DNA of 60,160 nucleotides from Candidatus Zhuqueibacterota bacterium (GTDB lineage: Bacteria; BS750m-G25): NCBI GenBank assembly GCA_016783505.1, contig JADHWK010000011.1, forward strand, positions 1-60,160, in the 5' to 3' direction. Made by a program: the position numbers and the translations under genes. The stretch's first letter is position 1. The number at the start of each line of letters is the position of its first letter. The notes beneath the pieces are model-generated. The model had not been told where the DNA came from. It made no database searches and saw nothing but the letters and a program-made list of their open reading frames with translations. Positions 46,636-55,235 of the stretch are shown here, piece after piece.

Positions 46636-48034
46636 ATGCGCAGAAGAATTTTAAAAATCTTACTCGTTGCCTTTTTCATCGGCAATTTGTCTCTTGCGAC
46701 AGCGCAGAACTTGACCGGAAGAGAAAAACAATGGCTGGCAAAAGCTTATCGAAATGATAAGAATGGCTGGATATTCTTGCATATTGAAGGAGGACCTTTT
46801 GAAAGAGGGTTCCAGCGTGGTTACTTGACTGCTAACGAAATTGATGAGTTCTTAAAAACAGTAGCTTATTTAGAAAAATTTGAGACTGCCAAAGAAATTG
46901 ATTTTTTTGTTAAAGCTGCTAATATACTTTTCAAGAATAAAGTCTCTAAAGAATATATTGAAGAGATGAAAGGGACGGTGGCGGGGATGGAAAAAGCGGG
47001 GAGAAAAGTAACTTTTGAGGAAATGCTTTTTATGAATGGATTTATTGATGTGCTCTGGCACTGGTGGCCTCAGGAGAAGGATAAAATTAAAATGCCTGGC
47101 CCTGGTTGTAGTGCTTTTATTGCCACCGGAGAGGTGACTTCCGATGGCAAAATAGTAATGGCTCATAATTCATGGTATTTCTATTCTTAGATTTTGTAAT
47201 ATTATTGTGGACATCGTTCCAGACAAGGGACACCGAATCCTGATGCAATCCTGGGGACCTTGTTTATATAGCGCCACTGATTTTTTCATCACTGGGGCAG
47301 GGTTAATTGGTACAGAAACTACAATTGGAGGTTTTAGCGGATTCGATCCAGAGGGGATACCTGTTTTTGAAAGAGCCAGGAAAGCAATGCAATATGCCAA
47401 TAGCATTGATGAATGGGTTAAAATAATGATTGAAAACAATAATGGGGCCTATGCCAATTCCTGGCTATTGGGAGATATTAGAACTAATGAGATTGCCCGG
47501 CTTGAGCTTGGTTTGAAACATCACAGTATAGAGAAAAAGAAGGATGGGTATTTTACGGGTTCAAATATTGTGGATAATATAGAAATTTTAAGAGAGGAGA
47601 CCGATGCGACTTATGATGATGTAAGAAATTTTTCTGTAGCTCGCAGGGTGCGTTGGAAACAGTTAATGAAAAAGTATTATGGGAAAATTGATGTGGAAAT
47701 TGCCAGAAGAATGCTGGCTGACCATTATGATGTCTATTTAGAAAAAGAAATACCAAGCTCCAGAACAATATGCGGTCACTGGGAATTAGATAATGGAAGT
47801 GTTCCGGGAAGTCTAGGTGCTTATCTACCAGGCGGAGCCATCGATGGAAAAGTCGTTAGCTCAAATATGGCAAAGAATTGGAAGATCTGGGCAAAATGGG
47901 GAAGCTCTTGCGACATTGGTTTCGATGCTAAAAAGTTTTTAGAAAAACACCCACAGTATGAATGGCTGCAAGGATATTTAAAAGATCTACCTGCCAAACC
48001 TTGGACTATATTCCCTTTTAACGAAAGTAAATAA
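46636..48034 (+). pseudogene. C45 / phospholipase-B-like Ntn hydrolase split by a frameshift near 47180-47190
   Basis: ORF1: signal peptide, HIEGGPFERGFQRG, CSAFIATG...AHNSW (Cys nucleophile). The other frame continues LRFCNIIVDIVP...ETT...GAYANSWL. A sequencing error is possible. Confidence 0.82.
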
Positions 48035-48064
48035 TTTTGCACCAATTTTTCTGCTTATTATTAC

Positions 48065-48169
48065 TTAATTGATAAATTTGGTGAAGACATTGAAGAGCCT
48101 TTTCCTGGTTATCTTAATATTCCATTCAAGGTTGAAGGTGGGGATTTCAGCATCACCGCACTCGATTAA
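48065..48169 (+). pseudogene. 3' remnant of a paralog of the 32397-33266 lipoprotein
   Basis: LIDKFGEDIEEPFPGYLNIPFKVEGGDFSI versus LIESFGENVEELGPNYLKIPFQRQGGRFEI, 17/30 identical, ungapped. Confidence 0.8.
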
Positions 48170-48280
48170 TTGAATCTGAAGCATAATTAAGCTAAGTCAC
48201 TGATATCAAATAAATTAATTTTTGGTGCCGTCTCAATTTTGTGTCGTCAATATCGAAAACTATGTCCCTTAGTCCTTTTG

Positions 48281-48461
48281 TTGTTAAAAGAAGAGTTGTC
48301 GAAAATGCTTATATCAGAATAGACTTGCTTATTGTGAAATTTCATTCAACCCTCATTTTTTTCTTGACATTTACCAAAAAATTATTAAATTATAAATAAA
48401 CATAATTTGTCTTCATATAGAAAACTTTAGAAAGCCGAGTTAGGATGAAAATATTGGCTTC
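48281..48461 (+). promoter_or_regulatory. Second copy of the gatB 3' end + promoter + leader hairpin block (module 2)
   Basis: 48281-48322 is 38/42 identical to 17871-17912 (LLKEELSKMLISE*); TTGACA-16bp-TAAATT at 48364-48391; AAGCCGA/TTGGCTT hairpin at 48432-48460. Confidence 0.85.
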
Positions 48462-48512
48462 ATTCATTTTAGGTGGTTGTTGTTTTAGGGGGTAAATAAG
48501 GAGGAGGCTAAG

Positions 48513-51500
48513 ATGAATAGCAGATCAATCTTGCGTATTGGCACGCTGATTATGCTTTTGGCGGTGCCGATTTTCATCTGGGCGGGGACTACGGGAAAGA
48601 TCGCCGGCAGGATATTTGATGAAAGCACCGGGGATCCCTTGCCCGGGGCTAACATTATCGTGATGGGTACTACCATGGGGGCCATGGCGGACATGAACGG
48701 GGAGTATTTCATTATCAATATCCCCCCTGGTAAGTATACGGTGAAGGCCACTATGATGGGATATAAGGCCCTGGTAGTGGAGAACGTACGGGTCATTTCG
48801 GACCTGACGACTACCCAGGATTTTGCACTGCCAGCGACCGTTCTGGACATCGGGGAAGAGGTGACCATCGTGGCGGAGAGACCTTTAATCGAGATGGACA
48901 TGACCGCCTCCCGCACCATCACCACTGCCGAGGATATTTTGGCCATGCCGGTGGAGGACATTGATGATATTGTGGCGCTGACCGCCGGGGCTACGACAGA
49001 GGAAAACATCCGGGGGGGCCGGGATGAAGAGATAGTCTATAAACTGGATGGAATAACTCTCAAGGATCCGGTGGACGGGAACCTGGATAGCGATATCCCC
49101 CTGCTATCGCTGCAAGAGATGTCGGTGGAAACCGGGGGGTTCAGCGCCGAATACGGGGAGGCCATGTCCGGGATCGTCAGCATGGTATTTAAAGAAGGGG
49201 GACCGTCATATTCGGGTCAGGTGAGGTATAAAACCAACGATATAGGCTCACCCGGCTTCCAGGAAAAACTGGGCGACCATCACACTACCCTAATTGATAT
49301 GAAAGATAACAAGATGATAACCAGTGAAATGCGGCGTGCCGAGAAGATGCGGAACGTTGAATTTTCCCTGGGCGGTCCTGAACCCCTCACCATGGTTCTG
49401 TTTCCTATTCTAGGGATTAAGCCTCCGGGAACCGCAAACATGCACCTCGGGGGGGAATATACTGACACTCACGGTAGGTTCCCCGGTCAGCGGGATATCA
49501 AATATACCGTCAATGGAAAATTAAGCTATCGGCCATCGCCGAACTATAAGTTGACTTTTCATGGCTTCGTAACGGACCGGGATCGAAGAATCTACAGTCA
49601 CAGTTGGAAAAATACCACTTATGAGAGCGAATTAGGAGAGGATTTAAATCACGATGGTGATATGACCGACGTTTTCAGCATGCTGGACAATTTACCCCGG
49701 TATGAATACAATACCGATCAACAGGCCTTAACCTGGACCCACACCTTGAGTCCCCGGACGTTTTATGAAGTGAGAATGAGCCGGTATATGACTAAACGGT
49801 TAATGCAGTGTATTGAGAACATTAACGAAGATACCGATGGGGATGGTCATCTGGACCTATACTATGATGTTGATGGGGATGGTGTTAAAGAGGACGTGGA
49901 TGGGGACGGCGATAATAGCCATGAGGACCTGAACGGTAACTTGGTCTGGGATTGGAACGTCTACGGGCCGAACACTGACCTGTACCTGGATGAAAACGAC
50001 AATGATTTCATAGATGCTTCTGAAGGTAGGCCGCGAAGCGAATGGCTGCGATGGGAGGATCTTCCTACCCAAAGATATAAAGATACGAATAATTTCTACA
50101 TTTATGGTTATAATGAGACCATCTCATTCCCCAGGGCGGCCCAGTGGTACAATGACAAAAAAGAAATATATACGGCCAAGGTGGATTTAACCAGTCAGGT
50201 GACCCCGAGGCATCTGTTCAAAATGGGGGGTGAAGCTGTTTATATGGAAGTGTTTTCGCATACGGTGGATCTGGCTTCAGGGGGCAATGTTTACGGAGAA
50301 AATTACAAAACCTATCCCAATCAAGGCGGCTTATATATTACCGATAAGATGGAATACCAAGGGATGATCGTCAACGCCGGGATGCGTTTTGACTGGTTCG
50401 ATGCCAATTGGGATAACTTTCCGGCAGACCCCACCGATCCCGTTCCTGATTCAGTTATCACCGTGGGGGGGATTATCAAGAATCCCATCAAGGTTTCCCG
50501 GAAAACCTATTGGGAGCCGAGGCTGGGTGTTGCCTATCCCATTACGGAGCAGGATGTGCTGTATTTCAGCTATGGAAGGTTTATGCAGCAGCCTGTGCTC
50601 CGTAACATTTTCAGAAATGTGAACTTTGACCTTAGCGGGGCCTTCGGGCTGATGGGAAACGCCAACTTAGAGCCCCAGCGCACCACCGCCTATGAAATCG
50701 GGGTTAAACATCAGTTTCTCCGCCCCACTGGGCAGTCCTTTTCGGCAAAATTTTTAAGCTCCATTATGCCTGATCTACTGAAAGTCAATGGATTCTTTAA
50801 GGATATCACCGGTTTGGTGGATGTCCAGCAGACATATTATTCTATTGCCGACTGGTATGGCCTTTACATTAATGAAGATTACGGCAACATTCGGGGCTTT
50901 GAGATCAATTTGGTTAGACGCCGCTATCCGGGGGATTACTTCTCCGGTTCCGCCAACTACACATATATGGTGGCCAAGGGCAAGAGCTCCAGCGACCGGT
51001 TGAACTATGATACCGTTTGGGCCGAGGATATTGTTCCTACCACGGAAAACTATCTGGATTGGGATCAGCGGCATACGGTGAACACCAACCTGGAATTCCG
51101 GGTGCCCCGCAACAGAAAGCTACTGTTCGGCACCTCGGTGCTGGACGATGCCGGTATGAACGTGATCTTCCGGTATGGCAGCGGCATGCCCTATTCCCCG
51201 CCCAAGCGGAGCAAAGAGCCTGAAATAAACACCGAGCGATTTCCCTGGTATTCAACCACTGACGTTCGCTTTGACAAGAGGATTGGTATTGGGAAAAAGG
51301 GTCGCGCTACCTTCTTCGTCTGGATTGACAATATCTTCAACCGGCTGAATATTGACGGGGAACTGGTGACATACTATGGGTACGAGACATGGTATCATAC
51401 TTTTACCAAAGCCCAGGAAGCATACGATGAGGGCGTGATGTCCTATGAAGATTATATGTCTTTGATGGACGCTCAAGATCCCAACGATGCAAACGGGAAT

Positions 51501-51629
51501 GGTATCACCGAAGAGGGTGACGGTGTGGTTGACTACAATAAAAAATATCCCGCCGGCGGACCGAGACTCGACCCCCGGGTCTACATGCCTATGAGGAGGA
51601 TCCGGTTTGGGATTCAATTTGAATTTTAA
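48513..51629 (+). CDS. TonB-dependent receptor with multiple DxDxDG loops
   Basis: GTTGKIAG, GDPLPGANI, NIRGGR, GGFSAEYG, terminal RRIRFGIQFEF. Confidence 0.94.
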   Translation: MNSRSILRIGTLIMLLAVPIFIWAGTTGKIAGRIFDESTGDPLPGANIIVMGTTMGAMADMNGEYFIINIPPGKYTVKATMMGYKALVVENVRVISDLTTTQDFALPATVLDIGEEVTIVAERPLIEMDMTASRTITTAEDILAMPVEDIDDIVALTAGATTEENIRGGRDEEIVYKLDGITLKDPVDGNLDSDIPLLSLQEMSVETGGFSAEYGEAMSGIVSMVFKEGGPSYSGQVRYKTNDIGSPGFQEKLGDHHTTLIDMKDNKMITSEMRRAEKMRNVEFSLGGPEPLTMVLFPILGIKPPGTANMHLGGEYTDTHGRFPGQRDIKYTVNGKLSYRPSPNYKLTFHGFVTDRDRRIYSHSWKNTTYESELGEDLNHDGDMTDVFSMLDNLPRYEYNTDQQALTWTHTLSPRTFYEVRMSRYMTKRLMQCIENINEDTDGDGHLDLYYDVDGDGVKEDVDGDGDNSHEDLNGNLVWDWNVYGPNTDLYLDENDNDFIDASEGRPRSEWLRWEDLPTQRYKDTNNFYIYGYNETISFPRAAQWYNDKKEIYTAKVDLTSQVTPRHLFKMGGEAVYMEVFSHTVDLASGGNVYGENYKTYPNQGGLYITDKMEYQGMIVNAGMRFDWFDANWDNFPADPTDPVPDSVITVGGIIKNPIKVSRKTYWEPRLGVAYPITEQDVLYFSYGRFMQQPVLRNIFRNVNFDLSGAFGLMGNANLEPQRTTAYEIGVKHQFLRPTGQSFSAKFLSSIMPDLLKVNGFFKDITGLVDVQQTYYSIADWYGLYINEDYGNIRGFEINLVRRRYPGDYFSGSANYTYMVAKGKSSSDRLNYDTVWAEDIVPTTENYLDWDQRHTVNTNLEFRVPRNRKLLFGTSVLDDAGMNVIFRYGSGMPYSPPKRSKEPEINTERFPWYSTTDVRFDKRIGIGKKGRATFFVWIDNIFNRLNIDGELVTYYGYETWYHTFTKAQEAYDEGVMSYEDYMSLMDAQDPNDANGNGITEEGDGVVDYNKKYPAGGPRLDPRVYMPMRRIRFGIQFEF

Positions 51630-51713
51630 CGTTCCATTAAATCGTTTTTCAGATTGAATTCTTAGTCAAGCCATTTATTTGATTAGCCATAGGTTAGGTA
51701 GGGAGATAACATC

Positions 51714-54071
51714 ATGAAAATGAAAATAATTTTGCTGGCAGTAATCTCTTCCTTTCTCCTTCTCCTGTTGGGAATAGATTCATCACAGGCCCGGAGGAGG
51801 GGTTCCACCGGGGGTCACCAGATTCAAAAGACTACAGACAGACCGGTAAAGGATTTTCGGGTCCATCAGGTGGGCACCTTATGGAATATGGTGACCAATT
51901 ATGGGGGCTACGGGGATCCCAATTCCGCCAATCCCTCAATGGATTGGCCCGGGGGCAGTGAGACCTACTATCTCTGGGAAGGACGCTTCTGGATCGGGGC
52001 CATCGTGGGGGGGGAGAAGCTGTGTTCCCATGCCGATTATGGGGACTATGAGTTTTACCCTACGGAGGGGAGCGAATTCTTTTTCGGGCCGGGGAAGGCC
52101 ATTCAAGATCACACGGTGGTGTTCGATGATCTATATGAACAGGGAGAGCACATCCCCATCGGGTTTGAGGTGCACGAGCGGGGGATGACCTGGAGTATGC
52201 CCGACTACGACGATTTCCTTATATATGAATATGAAATAATTAACGTCAGTGGAAGCACATTAAATGGCGTTTTTACAGGTTGGATTTATGACGCCGATGT
52301 TGCCGCGTTGGCGGATCCCTCTTCCCCGCATATTGACGATATGGTGGACTACGATGGCTGGGATGGGGATGACAGCGATACCGATGAGGCGGACTGGGTG
52401 GACCCCATGGACCTGGATGGGGATGGGGAGACGGGATATGATGAATGGGGTTGGCCCTACGGGTATGCCATGATGAGCGGGCCGCTTCCCAGGAATCCCA
52501 ATTACGATCCCTCCAGGATCGAACCTGACGGCCTTTATGATGAATTTACTGTCATCGAAGATGAAAGGGGTGAAGCCATACTTTTTGACACCGATGTGAC
52601 CATAGGCGATGTTTCATATTCCGCCGGGGATATGGTGATAAAAGCCGATGGTTCTCCCTTGATAGGATGGAAGATCTCCCGGAACAGCTCCTACATATGG
52701 GACGGGGACGATCCGATGTCTGCTGAAAACGACATCGGGGAACGGGGGGCACCCACCAAGATCCCTGGTTTGATCGCCGGTCGCTTGATCTATTCGGACA
52801 TCTGCAAAAAGGACGCCAGCGGAAACTATATGTTTGGGGACGTATTTCCTTACAATCAACTTCCCGATTTTCAGAATTTCCCTGAAGATACCCTGCTCAG
52901 GCCCTACGCCCATCAATGGTGGAACTGGGAGAGCGACCCCGGGGACGATATTGAAAAATATGATTACTTAAGCGCCCAGCATTCCGCATCCACCCAGATG
53001 GGTGAACACTATTACTTTTTGCGTCATCCCTTCGATTATAATGCCCCGGTGTTTGACTATCGCTTTATAATGTCCACCGGGCCTTTCAATGGCTTCGGTC
53101 CCTTAGATACCCTGAGGTTCGTATTCGCTGCCGGGGTGGGAAGGGGCCACCAGGGGATGAGGGAGGTCATGGACAATGCCCTGAAGGCCTATTATGCGGG
53201 CAGCGGGCACAGCGATCCCTACAATCCTTCCGATTTCGTATCCGATGATCACTATGTACTGCCCATCCCCCCCCCGATGCCCCAATTGACCTACAGCCCC
53301 ATGGACAAGGGGGTGAGATTAGCCTGGGATAATCTGGCAGAGACTGCCATTGATGCCATGTTGGGGGCACCGGATTTTGAGGGATATAAGATCTACCGCT
53401 CCATGTATAACCCCTCTGGTTGGGAAATGATCGCTGCCTTCGATAATCTACCTGATTCAGTAGTATACGTCATCAATACAGACGGGGATACCCTGAACCC
53501 CGGCAATCCGGTTGACCTTCCCGACCTGGAGTATGTCTATGAGGACACCGGGGGTACCTTCCTGGGAATGCCCGTCAGTCGTCCTGTGAACGGGCTGAAA
53601 TATTTCTACAGCGTGGTTGCCTACGATCCCTACAAGCCGTCCACGCCCCTTTCTCCGAGCCTGCCATCCATGGAATCGTCAAAAGCAAACTATATGAAGG
53701 AGGAATCCGGTGCTCCATCGCCGGTCATTCCTACCAAGTTATACGAAGTTGAAGAAATTGGGGTCAAACACGACCTCACGAGGATTAAAGTCGTACCCAA
53801 TCCCTATAAGGGCACGGCGTTGTTTGAGTCACGCTACGAGGATAAGGTTCGATTCACCCAGCTACCCCCAGCCTGTAAGATATCCATCTTCACCCTGACC
53901 GGGGATCTGGTGAACACCATATATCATACCGACGGATCCGATGCGGAACTGTGGAATCTCCTCTCCCGAAACGGCCAGGCAGTGGTGAGCGGGCTATATC
54001 TTTTTGTGGTAGAGGTAGAAGAACCAGGCTACGATAAGTACATTGGGAAATTTGTCATTATTCGAGGATAA
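51714..54071 (+). CDS. Secreted acidic protein with a T9SS type A-like C-terminal domain; paralog of 21439-24834
   Basis: Signal peptide; STGPF, DFEGYKIYRS and NGLKYFYSVVAYD blocks; CTD VVPNPY...IFTLTGDLV...VVSGLYLF. Confidence 0.88.
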   Translation: MKMKIILLAVISSFLLLLLGIDSSQARRRGSTGGHQIQKTTDRPVKDFRVHQVGTLWNMVTNYGGYGDPNSANPSMDWPGGSETYYLWEGRFWIGAIVGGEKLCSHADYGDYEFYPTEGSEFFFGPGKAIQDHTVVFDDLYEQGEHIPIGFEVHERGMTWSMPDYDDFLIYEYEIINVSGSTLNGVFTGWIYDADVAALADPSSPHIDDMVDYDGWDGDDSDTDEADWVDPMDLDGDGETGYDEWGWPYGYAMMSGPLPRNPNYDPSRIEPDGLYDEFTVIEDERGEAILFDTDVTIGDVSYSAGDMVIKADGSPLIGWKISRNSSYIWDGDDPMSAENDIGERGAPTKIPGLIAGRLIYSDICKKDASGNYMFGDVFPYNQLPDFQNFPEDTLLRPYAHQWWNWESDPGDDIEKYDYLSAQHSASTQMGEHYYFLRHPFDYNAPVFDYRFIMSTGPFNGFGPLDTLRFVFAAGVGRGHQGMREVMDNALKAYYAGSGHSDPYNPSDFVSDDHYVLPIPPPMPQLTYSPMDKGVRLAWDNLAETAIDAMLGAPDFEGYKIYRSMYNPSGWEMIAAFDNLPDSVVYVINTDGDTLNPGNPVDLPDLEYVYEDTGGTFLGMPVSRPVNGLKYFYSVVAYDPYKPSTPLSPSLPSMESSKANYMKEESGAPSPVIPTKLYEVEEIGVKHDLTRIKVVPNPYKGTALFESRYEDKVRFTQLPPACKISIFTLTGDLVNTIYHTDGSDAELWNLLSRNGQAVVSGLYLFVVEVEEPGYDKYIGKFVIIRG

Positions 54072-54095
54072 GTCAAGATAATCGGGGAGGATATT

Positions 54096-55208
54096 GTGAA
54101 GAAAAAAATTACTATATATAGTATACTGTTTATATTATTGCTGATTATCCCACTCGCCTTAAGCCATGCTCAGGAGTTCGCTAAGGTGGGAACGGTGGGG
54201 GCCCAGTTTCTGAAGATCGGGATGGGAGCGCGGGCGGTGGGGATGGGGGAAGCCTTTGCAGCGGTTGGCAACGACGTTTCCGCTTTGTTCTGGAACCCGG
54301 CTGGTTTGACCGGGGTAAAAAATAATTCTCTATTTTTGGCCAGGGCTGAATGGCTGGCCGATATTGATTATACCGCAGCGGGGTTTGCCAAGAACATACC
54401 TGGCGTGGGCACGGTCGGGGTCAGCTTTGCTTCCCTCAATTCTGGGGACATGGATGAGACCACCGTAGCGCAGCAGGAGGGCACGGGACGGACCTTCCAC
54501 ACCGGTGATCTAATGATAGGGGTCGCCTTCGCCCGCATGCTAACGGATAAGTTTGCCCTGGGGGGAAACGTTAAATATATTCGGGAAGGATTGGTTCAGG
54601 GCCTTGGTGGCGGTGATGATGAAGCGGCCACCGCCTGGGCGGTAGACCTGGGGACCCTTTACTATACCGGTTTTCGATCCCTTCGAATGGGGTTGTCTGT
54701 CCGGAATTTCGGCCCCGAGTTAAAATTCGCCGGCACCTATAATGACTGGGATAACGGCACCCTGGTCATTGATCCCAACACCGGTGAGCCCTGGAAATTC
54801 GAATATTTACCATACCATATGCCGTTGACCTTCAAGCTGGGGTTGGCCATGGAACCGGTGGTGATGGATAATCAAAAGCTGACGGTGGCTATGGATCTGG
54901 TGCATCCCAACGACAATGTAGAACGGATTCACTTCGGTGCCGAATATACCTTAATGAACATGATTGTTCTGCGGGCGGGTTACGTTGGCCTGTTCGGAAT
55001 TCTGGGTCGGGTTGATACAGAAATTGAGGATGAGGGGGAAGAGAACGAGAGGGAATATGATATTCACAACTATGCCCAGAACCTGAGCGCCGGGTTGGGA
55101 TTTCGACTGAACTTAGGCGGTTTGGGGAAGGTGAATATTGACTATGCCTACTCCGACTTTGGTGTGTTGGATTGGGTTCATAGGGCATCTTTAAACATTG
55201 ACTTTTAA
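54096..55208 (+). CDS. PorV/PorQ-family outer-membrane beta-barrel
   Basis: FLKIGMGARAVGMG, FWNPAGL, terminal HRASLNIDF. Confidence 0.92.
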   Translation: MKKKITIYSILFILLLIIPLALSHAQEFAKVGTVGAQFLKIGMGARAVGMGEAFAAVGNDVSALFWNPAGLTGVKNNSLFLARAEWLADIDYTAAGFAKNIPGVGTVGVSFASLNSGDMDETTVAQQEGTGRTFHTGDLMIGVAFARMLTDKFALGGNVKYIREGLVQGLGGGDDEAATAWAVDLGTLYYTGFRSLRMGLSVRNFGPELKFAGTYNDWDNGTLVIDPNTGEPWKFEYLPYHMPLTFKLGLAMEPVVMDNQKLTVAMDLVHPNDNVERIHFGAEYTLMNMIVLRAGYVGLFGILGRVDTEIEDEGEENEREYDIHNYAQNLSAGLGFRLNLGGLGKVNIDYAYSDFGVLDWVHRASLNIDF

Positions 55209-55235
55209 GATGCTTTGCATATAATGGAGGCGAGA

